From Bdellovibrionales bacterium (GTDB lineage: Bacteria; Bdellovibrionota; Bdellovibrionia; Bdellovibrionales; UBA1609), in contig OY843585.1 in assembly GCA_963692945.1 (NCBI GenBank), positions 1,230,001 through 1,262,000 of the forward strand: a DNA stretch of 32,000 nt, read 5' to 3'. Of the stretch, positions 6,547 through 13,692 are shown in pieces. Position 1 is the first letter of the stretch. The number at the start of each line of letters is the position of its first letter. The translations under genes and the position numbers were made by a program. Under the pieces are notes generated by a model that did not search any database, was not told where the DNA came from, and saw only the letters and a list, made by a program, of their open reading frames with translations.

Positions 6547-7773
6547 CTAAATACTACCTTCTAATTGTTGTCTTTTAAATTGAAAAATCTCTTTAGGAGT
6601 TTGACCGTCATGATTGACCTGCTCTATATCACCATATTTTTTAAGTTGCTCATAAAAAAAAGAATCTACTAATCTTGCTGAAATGTGCAAACTACTTTCT
6701 CCTTGTTTATTGATAGAATTGACATGATCTGCAATTCCTAACCAAGTTAATCTTGTCTGACTTTCCATAAGAAGAACAAAAATCTCTTTTATCCATTCAT
6801 CATGATAAGATTTTGAGACATCTAAAGTTAATAAAAAGTTTTGAAGAGGAGTGTTTCCTTTATTGTCTGGCAAAATATAATCCGTCCATTGGCAAGAAGA
6901 CAGAATACGAATCCCATCAAAAAACATATTTTTTGCACTAAAATTTATAGCTGTCATTCCCTCTTCATCCTGAGTATTTATCAAATCATCAACATCAAGT
7001 CCTATGGGCTTTCCATACCTTTGGACACCTCTCCAAAATAAAATAGGATATTTATAATAAAATTCTTTATGTCCCCACTCTTCTTTTTTTACGCAATTTT
7101 GTTCTAAACCCCAACGAAGTAAATCGCTATTTTGATCTCTCACAGCTGTATGTAAAATACTTTGATCTTTATTATTTTTAAGATACTGAAATTTTCTAAA
7201 AGGATATTCAAAAGAACCCCGCCAATACTCATGCTTTAAGGCTTCAGCCGTAATGTAATTTTTTGCTACATGAATAGCTCGCTCCCCTGCATGAGTTACC
7301 CTATCCAAATCAGAAAATTCATAATCAGATAAAATAAAATCCTGTTTGTTATCAAAAAAACCATTTGCTAAAAATTTGATTAAACTCACATAGCCTTTTT
7401 GAGAAGCTAAATAGATATAACCTTCCCCTTGATGATTTGTCTTCAAATAATGTTGAGGGCTTAATTGTTTTGTAATAAATAAAGCTCCCTTTAAATTGTA
7501 AAATTTTATAGCCAAAGCCAAAGCTGTATCTCCGTTGGCATTGACATCAAAAAGATACTGCCCGTTTTGATCTATTATTTCCTGTAAAACTTGATTCTTA
7601 GATTTATCTACTAAAGCTACAAAGAGTGGATTAGGGAAAAGGGCTTGTCTTTGTTCAGGTGAGAAAGAATCACTCCGATGGCTTGAACTCTCTTGAACGT
7701 TTTGCCAATCTGCACAGGACAATAACCAACTACAGAAAAAAATTATTATTATTATTTGTTTCATTGATTTCAC
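6547..7773 (-). CDS. Ankyrin-repeat lipoprotein (408 aa)
   Basis: Lipobox signal MKSMKQIIIIIFFCSWLLSC. Several ankyrin-like units: NANGDTALALAIKFYNLKGALFI, NHQGEGYIYLASQKGYVSLIKFL, DQSILHTAVRDQNSDLLRWGLEQ, DEEGMTAINFSAKNMFFDGIRIL, DNKGNTPLQNFL, NKQGESSLHISARL...GDIEQVNHDGQTPKEI. Confidence 0.7.
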   Translation of the reverse strand: MKSMKQIIIIIFFCSWLLSCADWQNVQESSSHRSDSFSPEQRQALFPNPLFVALVDKSKNQVLQEIIDQNGQYLFDVNANGDTALALAIKFYNLKGALFITKQLSPQHYLKTNHQGEGYIYLASQKGYVSLIKFLANGFFDNKQDFILSDYEFSDLDRVTHAGERAIHVAKNYITAEALKHEYWRGSFEYPFRKFQYLKNNKDQSILHTAVRDQNSDLLRWGLEQNCVKKEEWGHKEFYYKYPILFWRGVQRYGKPIGLDVDDLINTQDEEGMTAINFSAKNMFFDGIRILSSCQWTDYILPDNKGNTPLQNFLLTLDVSKSYHDEWIKEIFVLLMESQTRLTWLGIADHVNSINKQGESSLHISARLVDSFFYEQLKKYGDIEQVNHDGQTPKEIFQFKRQQLEGSI

Positions 7774-7792
7774 ACTCCCCTCCTCAGTTTTA

Positions 7793-8446
7793 TTATTTGC
7801 AATTTATATACTCCTTAATAGAATATTTTTCCTTAACGACTCTTTGAATTTTATAAAGTGAAAAAGCATTTGGTTGATCTTTAAAATCTGAAATACTTTT
7901 TATTATAAGATTCAATCTAGTCCAATCCAATTCTTTCAAAGAATGGGTTAAATAAGTTACCATATGTTGACTAAAAGTAGAAAGAATAATTTTTAAAATC
8001 ACTTCTGTATCCAAAGCCTCATAATCCTTAGCTTTGCCACTCTTTAAAAAACGTACGATTTCAGGAAAAGATTTCATAGCATTAAATAACTTAGGATTCA
8101 TTGAATCCGAATCCATTAACTTCATACGAGTTTTTAAATCTGACTGGTGTGGAAATTCTATTTGTTTGAGAGTTTCTTTTTCAAAATAAGTAATAGCTTC
8201 CTCCAAAACAGAAACATAAAAATTCATCTCTGTATCAGAAAGTATCCCTTTTAAAAGAGGCATCTCTTTATAAACAGAAGAAAAAAGCTCTTTAGAGTAA
8301 GCACTTGTCCATTTGTCTTTTAAAAATAGATTGTACTTCACAGGATCTGATCTAAAAACAGTCTTGCACTTTTCCAATAAACTAGAACTAGCAGATGAGT
8401 AAAAAACAAATATTATAAAAAATAATAGAGTTAAATATTTTATCAT
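7793..8446 (-). CDS. Hypothetical secreted protein (about 217 aa from the internal Met)
   Basis: The Met at 8446 (MIKYLTLLFFIIFVFYSSASS = signal peptide) forms an ATGA overlap with the stop (8445-8443) of the upstream gene. The listed start at 8473 is probably too long. No recognisable domain. Confidence 0.55.
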   Translation of the reverse strand: MIKYLTLLFFIIFVFYSSASSSLLEKCKTVFRSDPVKYNLFLKDKWTSAYSKELFSSVYKEMPLLKGILSDTEMNFYVSVLEEAITYFEKETLKQIEFPHQSDLKTRMKLMDSDSMNPKLFNAMKSFPEIVRFLKSGKAKDYEALDTEVILKIILSTFSQHMVTYLTHSLKELDWTRLNLIIKSISDFKDQPNAFSLYKIQRVVKEKYSIKEYINCK

Positions 8447-10251
8447 TGATATTTCTCCACAATTTTTTTGCATTCAGGAATTTTTGTTTTAAATGGCAAA
8501 AAACTAAAGACAGTCTTTTTTTCTTTGGATAAAGACATTGTTTGTATATGATACTTTTGTGAGTTTAATTTTTTAAAAAGAAATTCTTTATTTAAATCAT
8601 TACTTTTTAAGAAAGTTTGAACCTCATGGAGATACGTAAAAAAAGCCAAAAGTTTTTCCATAGATTCATATTTATAAAATTGGATTTTTGTTTTATCTTT
8701 TATCACAGCAACAGAAAGTAAAAAATCAGAAAAATTATAAACTAAATGAAAGAAACGACCAAAAGCCCATTGCAGTTTTAGCTTCTCTGTAAAAGACATT
8801 TGATGTTTTTGTGATAAAATAAGAGAAGACATTTTCAAGTATTTTGTGAACAAAGCTCCTAAAGTCATTTCAAGAACATATACACTGGCCACACGTTCTT
8901 TGGTAGGTAAACTCGTATTAAAAATGACTTCTATATCTTTTAAAAAAAATTGAATGGCTTCTTTTTTATCATCCAATTTGTCATTATTTTCTAAATTTAT
9001 TTTTTTAGACAAAAACTCTTCTATCAAGCCATCTCTAATGATATCAGGATGGACTTGGGAAACTTCAGTTTGAGATTTTGAAATCAGCATTCTCTCTATG
9101 ACATTTTCCTGAAGAGAAAGAGGCCATAAAAGATTTTTATCTATTATTTTATCTGGCATTCCTTTTCCTGCCATATAACCTATGCGACTTTTTCTGGATT
9201 TCAATAACAAATATCTTTTGAATTTTGCACCAAAAAAATCTTTTCTGTTCACTTTAGAAAGATTTTCAATTTTATTTTGAGATTTTGAAATTTGTTTTAT
9301 TATGGATTGTCTCTCTTTTGAGTCAGTCTGTTGTTGTAACTTTTCCTCTAAATATTTTATTTTTTTAAAAAAAGGATCTGTATTTCTTTTTAATTTTTCA
9401 ATCCACAACAAACGATGTCCTTTTCTATGAAATAAACTTTTAGGGCCAGTTTTGTTAACTTTTTCCAACTCCTCCTTCCTAAATATCAATGCTTGATCAA
9501 TATGAAAGAATACTCTTTTCCTACTTTTTTTAATCTGACGAGACAACCAAGCTGTTTTAAACAAAACAAGTGATCCACTTGCATCCATTTGCCTTCCATA
9601 AGAAAAAACTCTTGTATATTTTTGAAATTTTCTGGTTAAAGGAAAAATCATGACATCAATAGCATTACAAAAAATATGTGCTCCTTTAATTCCCATAAAA
9701 ACAGATAAAATAGTTTCAGCCACTTCTGCACTCAACTTTAGCCCTGCTGCAACATAACCATAATTTGCCGTGAGATAAGCACCTTGATAACTGATCTCTT
9801 TTCCCATATGTTTCCCTGGTTCTAAAAATTTTTGTCTTAAAAAACTTTTAGGCAAATAATTTTTTGCTTCTTGAACCATTAAATCAGCATCTAAATCGCA
9901 AGAGCAGTGTTTTTCAATTTCTTCTATATAAATTCTGACCCAAGCTTTTGTTAAATTCCAAAAACCTTGATTTAAATAAATTTTATTCTTCCCCACTTTA
10001 TAAAATGGAACAACGGAATTGTCTTGAACATGAGTTAATAAATCAGGAGATAGTAAAATAGCTTTTTCAAAAACTTTTAAAGCAACTTCAATTTCTTTTT
10101 CATGCAATTCATCATGAGAAAAAGAGATGAAAGAAAAAAAAGTCAGAAATAAAACTAAAACTTTTACAATTCCAATATTTAAAAAATTTATTTTTATAAG
10201 TTTGAACTTTGAAAAAACCTTATAAAAAAGAGAAAAATCACTAAAAGACAT
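8443..10251 (-). CDS. Hypothetical membrane-anchored protein (602 aa)
   Basis: N-terminal hydrophobic segment IGIVKVLVLFLTFFSFISF. A second hydrophobic patch (YVAAGLKLSAEVAETILSVFMGIKGAHIFCNAIDVMIFPL). Lys-rich coiled-coil-like middle. No motif I can assign. First gene of a five-gene co-oriented cluster. Confidence 0.55.
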   Translation of the reverse strand: MSFSDFSLFYKVFSKFKLIKINFLNIGIVKVLVLFLTFFSFISFSHDELHEKEIEVALKVFEKAILLSPDLLTHVQDNSVVPFYKVGKNKIYLNQGFWNLTKAWVRIYIEEIEKHCSCDLDADLMVQEAKNYLPKSFLRQKFLEPGKHMGKEISYQGAYLTANYGYVAAGLKLSAEVAETILSVFMGIKGAHIFCNAIDVMIFPLTRKFQKYTRVFSYGRQMDASGSLVLFKTAWLSRQIKKSRKRVFFHIDQALIFRKEELEKVNKTGPKSLFHRKGHRLLWIEKLKRNTDPFFKKIKYLEEKLQQQTDSKERQSIIKQISKSQNKIENLSKVNRKDFFGAKFKRYLLLKSRKSRIGYMAGKGMPDKIIDKNLLWPLSLQENVIERMLISKSQTEVSQVHPDIIRDGLIEEFLSKKINLENNDKLDDKKEAIQFFLKDIEVIFNTSLPTKERVASVYVLEMTLGALFTKYLKMSSLILSQKHQMSFTEKLKLQWAFGRFFHLVYNFSDFLLSVAVIKDKTKIQFYKYESMEKLLAFFTYLHEVQTFLKSNDLNKEFLFKKLNSQKYHIQTMSLSKEKKTVFSFLPFKTKIPECKKIVEKYQ

Positions 10252-10259
10252 AGCGTGTC

Positions 10260-10287
10260 ATTATAGCCATTTAACAGCATTTGTCTA
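10260..10287 (-). promoter_or_regulatory. Candidate sigma70-type promoter giving a leaderless or near-leaderless mRNA for the 602-aa gene
   Basis: On the - strand: TAGACA (10287-10282), a 16-nt spacer, then TATAAT (10265-10260), which ends 8 nt before the ATG at 10251. No Shine-Dalgarno. AT-rich background makes chance matches likely. Confidence 0.35.
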
Positions 10288-10393
10288 GCCTTTCAGTCTA
10301 ATTATTTAAGATTTTTTACTAGTAATAAAACATTGATCTCCTAAGCAAAACCTTTATTTAGTCAAGAAAGTTAGACTAAAAAATCATAGAATA

Positions 10394-10464
10394 TCTTTCT
10401 AAGAATCCTTTTCTTTTTAAGTATTTGAGGAGTATCTTCTACGACAAAAATTCAAAAAGTAAGG
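10394..10464. repeat. Degenerate third copy of the element found downstream of tRNA-Tyr
   Basis: Colinear matches to copies A and B (..cctttt.ttttt.ag.atttga.gagt.tc..t.tac.a.aaaa..tcaaaaa.taa.gg), at clearly lower identity. Confidence 0.4.
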
Positions 10465-10644
10465 TGCGAAAAACAGTAGTTTTTCTCTAGAAATACCTTT
10501 TTATTTTTTGAGATTTGAAGAGTGTCCCTCTTACAATAAAAAGCTCAAAAAATAAAAAGGAAGCACTAGAGTTTTGTAAAATGGTGGAGGGAGTGATTTG
10601 CCTACTACATTCATTCGCATCCAGCTCACTCATTGCGTAGGCTC
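10465..10644. repeat. Direct repeat copy A: hairpin, ~95-nt element and a decayed 3' fragment of tRNA-Tyr
   Basis: 10465-10594 aligns almost base for base with 10762-10891 (offset about 297 nt). The homology then continues into the tRNA T-arm and variable arm with two 2-nt deletions and a 31-nt insertion (10605-10635). Confidence 0.8.
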
Positions 10645-10761
10645 ACCTCAGTCACTAAGAAAAACATCCTGTTTTTCTTCCCTGTATCACCTGCTCCTAA
10701 AGTCGCAAGCAACACAGGTCGTTCCTTCGTTTCAAATCCTCAAATGAAGCGAAAACCAGTA

Positions 10762-10908
10762 TGCGAAAAACGAAGTTTTTCTCTAGGAATACCTTTCTTA
10801 TTTTTTGAGATTTGAAGAGTGTCCCTCTTACGATGAAAAGCTCAAAAAATAAAAAGGAAGCACTAGAGTTTTGTAAAATGGTGGAGGGAGTAGGATTTGA
10901 ACCTACGT
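10762..10908. repeat. Direct repeat copy B, abutting and including the 3' part of the intact tRNA-Tyr
   Basis: tgcgaaaaacgaagtttttctctaggaatacctttcttattttttgagatttgaagagtgtccctcttacgatgaaaagctcaaaaaataaaaaggaagcactagagttttgtaaaatggtggagggagt... matches copy A. Confidence 0.8.
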
Positions 10909-10964
10909 AGGCATAAGCCAACGATTTTACAGACCGCCCCCTTTAACCACTCGGGCATCCCTCC
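10879..10964 (-). tRNA. tRNA-Tyr (anticodon GUA), class II with long variable arm, CCA encoded
   Basis: - strand reads GGAGGGATGCCCGAGTGGTTAAAGGGGGCGGTCTGTAAAATCGTTGGCTTATGCCTACGTAGGTTCAAATCCTACTCCCTCCACCA. The 7-bp acceptor stem, anticodon loop CTGTAAA and T-arm GTAGG/TTCAAAT/CCTAC were folded by eye. Confidence 0.9.
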
Positions 10965-10967
10965 ATA

Positions 10968-11043
10968 TGGAGCTGGGTAAGGGACTCGAACCCCCAACCT
11001 GCTGATTACAAATCAGCTGCTCTACCAATTGAGCCAACCCAGC
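10968..11043 (-). tRNA. tRNA-Thr (anticodon UGU), CCA encoded
   Basis: - strand reads GCTGGGTTGGCTCAATTGGTAGAGCAGCTGATTTGTAATCAGCAGGTTGGGGGTTCGAGTCCCTTACCCAGCTCCA. Has acceptor GCTGGGT/ACCCAGC, D-arm GCTC/GAGC and anticodon stem GCTGA/TCAGC with loop TTTGTAA. Lies 3 nt upstream of tRNA-Tyr. Confidence 0.9.
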
Positions 11044-11053
11044 TTACTCAATT

Positions 11054-11082
11054 TATATAAAATATCCCCTCTTAAAACACAA
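11054..11082 (-). promoter_or_regulatory. Candidate promoter for the tRNA-Thr/tRNA-Tyr pair
   Basis: On the - strand: TTGTGT (11082-11077), a 17-nt spacer, then TATATA (11059-11054), ending about 10 nt before the mature tRNA-Thr 5' end. Weak evidence in an AT-rich context. Confidence 0.25.
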
Positions 11083-11140
11083 GCCTATTTGCAAAACCAT
11101 TACCAACAAAAATCTCATCACAAACTCACTCCAAATCCAT

Positions 11141-11857
11141 TTAAAAAACTTTATACTGACGGCAATACTCCCCTAAAACCAAGGCTGTAACCACAGAGAC
11201 ATTGTAACTTGCCTCTTTTGTTTTTTGAGGAATAGATAATTTCTTATCTGATGCCTTTAAAAGACTCTTACGAATACCTGATTCTTCACTTCCTAAAATA
11301 AAAGCTGTGCGAACATCAAGATTTTCCTGCCAAATACTGTCCTCTGCCGAATGATCTAAAGCATAAATCCAAAAACCAGATTTTTTTAAAAACTCAACAT
11401 AAGAGTATAAATCATCCCCTATTTCTATAGGAACATGCTCAACTCCTCCACTAGCCGTTTTAATAACGGAAGGGGTTAAAGAGACAGACCGACGAGAAGA
11501 AATAAAAATACCATCCACTCCCATCAACCAAGAAGTCCTTATAATGGCTCCAAAGTTTTTAGGATCTTCCAAACCATCTAAAATAAGAACAACGGATTTT
11601 TCTCCCAAATTTTTTTTTGAAAAAGAAAGATTGTCTTCTACATACACACAAACTCCCTGATGATGATCATAAATTTGATTGAGTTTTTTAAGAGAAAGAG
11701 TTTCTGGATTCAAAGATTTTTGTTGAGCCAATTTAAAAAGATTTACAAGAGTGGAACTTTTCTCCCAGTCTGGCTTAAAATACACTTTTTTTATTTCCTC
11801 TGTTGAACGGACTTTTAAAGCTTCCCTAACAGAGTGAATACCAACCACTTTACGCAT
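11141..11857 (-). CDS. rlmB: SpoU/TrmH-family RNA 2'-O-methyltransferase, RlmB-like
   Basis: Has N-terminal GIHSVREAL, LILDGLEDPKNFGAIIRTS, FILGSEESGIRKSLL and LSIPQ....SYNVSVVTALVLGE, which are the SPOUT methyltransferase motifs. Overlaps the end of pyrF by 8 nt. Confidence 0.75.
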   Translation of the reverse strand: MRKVVGIHSVREALKVRSTEEIKKVYFKPDWEKSSTLVNLFKLAQQKSLNPETLSLKKLNQIYDHHQGVCVYVEDNLSFSKKNLGEKSVVLILDGLEDPKNFGAIIRTSWLMGVDGIFISSRRSVSLTPSVIKTASGGVEHVPIEIGDDLYSYVEFLKKSGFWIYALDHSAEDSIWQENLDVRTAFILGSEESGIRKSLLKASDKKLSIPQKTKEASYNVSVVTALVLGEYCRQYKVF

Positions 11858-12527
11858 AAATAGACTGACTCAAATTCTTTAAAATTTCTGAAGGGTTTTT
11901 AGATTGTGTTAAACTTCTTCCCATAACCAATATAGAACTTCCCGCTTGAAAAGCTTCTGTAGGAGTCATCACTCTTTTTTGATCCCCTTTATCATCATTT
12001 TCTAAACGAATCCCCGGCGTTACTAATAAAATAGTTTTGTATTTCTGCCTTAGATTCTTAACTTCCAAAGGAGAACAAACTAAAGAATTCAATCCACTTT
12101 CAACAACTAAATCGGCAAGTTCCTCCACTTTTTGTTGAGCCTCAACACTCTCTACGCTTGACAAAACTGTCACTGGCAAAACTTTAAACAATCGCTCTTG
12201 AGTTAACTCTTTTTCTAGATCAGCCAATAACTTTAAAGTTTTTCCACCTACAGAAGCATGAACTGTCACATAATTTGCTCCAATATGGTATGACGACTTC
12301 ACAGCCTCTAAAGTGGAAGAGGGAATATCATAAAATTTAAAATCTAAAAAGATTTCTGCTGTGGAGTTGTAGGATTTCAGTTCTGAAATCAATTCCTTAC
12401 CATATTGAAGAAATAAACGAGGACCTATTTTATATCCTAAAATATGGGAATGAGTTTTTTCTACTAAAGAGAAAACTTGCTCTTTTGTATCTACATCAAG
12501 AGCTAAAAAAATAGGAAGCTTTTTCAT
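11850..12527 (-). CDS. pyrF: Orotidine 5'-phosphate decarboxylase
   Basis: Has LPIFLALDV, GYKIGPRLF, IFLDFKFYDIPSST, VTVHASVGG and a C-terminal VMGRSL. Length 225 aa. Confidence 0.9.
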   Translation of the reverse strand: MKKLPIFLALDVDTKEQVFSLVEKTHSHILGYKIGPRLFLQYGKELISELKSYNSTAEIFLDFKFYDIPSSTLEAVKSSYHIGANYVTVHASVGGKTLKLLADLEKELTQERLFKVLPVTVLSSVESVEAQQKVEELADLVVESGLNSLVCSPLEVKNLRQKYKTILLVTPGIRLENDDKGDQKRVMTPTEAFQAGSSILVMGRSLTQSKNPSEILKNLSQSIYA

Positions 12528-12542
12528 TATTATAAAGTCTTA

Positions 12543-13535
12543 TTACTTTTGAGATTTAAATTCAACACTAATAGGATTTTTTATATGTAAATCTCTTTGA
12601 GGGTAAGCAATAGTAATTTCATTTTCCATAAATTGTTTATTGATTTCAAATCTCAGATCACTAGCCACCTTTTGAATATCAAAAATCACTTCTACAGCAA
12701 TCCAATAATTTAATGTAAAAACTAGAGAATCATCCCCAAAGTCAGAAAAGAGAACGACAGGCTTCTGGTTTTTGTTATAAGTTAAAACTCTTTCATGATC
12801 TTCAGCAATTTTTAAAAGAATCTCTTCCACTTTTTTAACTGGAGAACCGTAAGCAACTCCCACTTGAATTTTAGAACGAATCACTTCATCAGAAAGTGTC
12901 CAATTTAAAACATTTTTTTCTAAAAGAAAACTATTTGGGATGATAACATGAGTGTTATCCAGAGTTTTCACAGTTATGGCTCTAAAACCTATACTATCCA
13001 CAACACCTTTTAAATTTTCTACTTCTATTACATCTCCAACTCGTATGGGATGCTCTATAACAATAACAATTCCACTAATAAAATTGTTCATTATATTCTT
13101 AGCACCAAAACCTATTCCCAAGGCAATGGCACCACCTACCACTGTAAAGACAGTAAGAGGAACTTTAATAAGATAAAGAGTAAATAAAAATAATAATGAG
13201 ATTAAAGTATAAAACAGAAGAACTTTAATCGTATATCGCTTTGGGATTTCTATATCTAACCGTGATAAAACCCTATGTTCAAAATAAGAAACAAGTAATT
13301 TTATCGCTATGTATCCACCAATAAGAAAACTTAATCCTATAAGTAGTTTTCCAGCAGTTATGGGATTTTTATCAACATTGAATAAGATAAAATTCCAAAA
13401 AGAAGGGAAGATTTCTAAAAGACTCTCTAAGAACAAACGAACATAAACAAAAAATTCTTCTTTATCCCATGACATATTTCCTATAAGAATTTGACGAAAC
13501 ATAAAACCTACTCCCTTAAATAAATTATGAAACAA
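12543..13535 (-). CDS. Mechanosensitive ion channel, MscS family
   Basis: N-terminal TM helices followed by the MscS core NFISGIVIVIEHPIRVGDVIEVENLKGVVDSIGFRAITVKTLDNTHVIIPNSFLLEKNVLNWT. Exact start uncertain because there are several early Met codons. Confidence 0.85.
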   Translation of the reverse strand: MFHNLFKGVGFMFRQILIGNMSWDKEEFFVYVRLFLESLLEIFPSFWNFILFNVDKNPITAGKLLIGLSFLIGGYIAIKLLVSYFEHRVLSRLDIEIPKRYTIKVLLFYTLISLLFLFTLYLIKVPLTVFTVVGGAIALGIGFGAKNIMNNFISGIVIVIEHPIRVGDVIEVENLKGVVDSIGFRAITVKTLDNTHVIIPNSFLLEKNVLNWTLSDEVIRSKIQVGVAYGSPVKKVEEILLKIAEDHERVLTYNKNQKPVVLFSDFGDDSLVFTLNYWIAVEVIFDIQKVASDLRFEINKQFMENEITIAYPQRDLHIKNPISVEFKSQK

Positions 13536-13634
13536 TTTGTAGAGAAATACAAAACCTTGATAAGCCCCCTATCTTGCAGTGTATAATACTTCTTTGAAAA
13601 AAATGGATATTACTATTTTTCTGAGAACTAAAAA

Positions 13635-13663
13635 TTAACATTGCAAGCCTGTTCATATATGAT
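13635..13663 (+). promoter_or_regulatory. Candidate promoter for the sucA operon
   Basis: TTAACA (13635-13640), a 17-nt spacer, then TATGAT (13658-13663), about 30 nt upstream of the sucA ATG. An alternative is TTGATA (13557-13562) / TATAAT (13582-13587) with a long 19-nt spacer. Confidence 0.25.
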
Positions 13664-13692
13664 AGAAGAATATCGTAGAGAGATAAATACTT

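Noticed and set aside
6841-7847. Antisense ORFs 6841..7041 (+) and 7659..7847 (+)
   Set aside because: They are fully embedded antisense to the ankyrin gene and its neighbour. They are short, have no SD, and their composition mirrors the opposite strand.
10610-10761. tmRNA or SRP RNA in the GC-enriched segment ending in ..TCCCTCCACCA
   Set aside because: The 3' end copies the tRNA-Tyr acceptor, not the Ala-type GGGGCUG/CAGCUCC stem with G3:U70 expected for tmRNA. No complementary 5' acceptor strand is present. I could not find the SRP domain IV motif (GGAA tetraloop flanked by the conserved AGCA/GGAA loops). This needs a covariance-model scan to settle.
10633-10921. ORFs 10633..10815 (+) and 10697..10921 (-) in the repeat/tRNA region
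   Set aside because: They run through the tRNA-Tyr gene and the non-coding direct repeats. They have no SD and produce low-complexity peptides. They are best explained as chance ORFs.
10465-10964. An integrated mobile element bounded by tRNA-Tyr attL/attR
   Set aside because: Only about 270 nt separate the repeats. No integrase, excisionase or other cargo is present. The repeat also includes non-tRNA flank, which att cores do not. I kept it as a possible scar only.
12952-13176. Antisense ORF within the MscS-family gene
   Set aside because: It is embedded opposite the conserved channel core. The sense frame has the clear family motifs.
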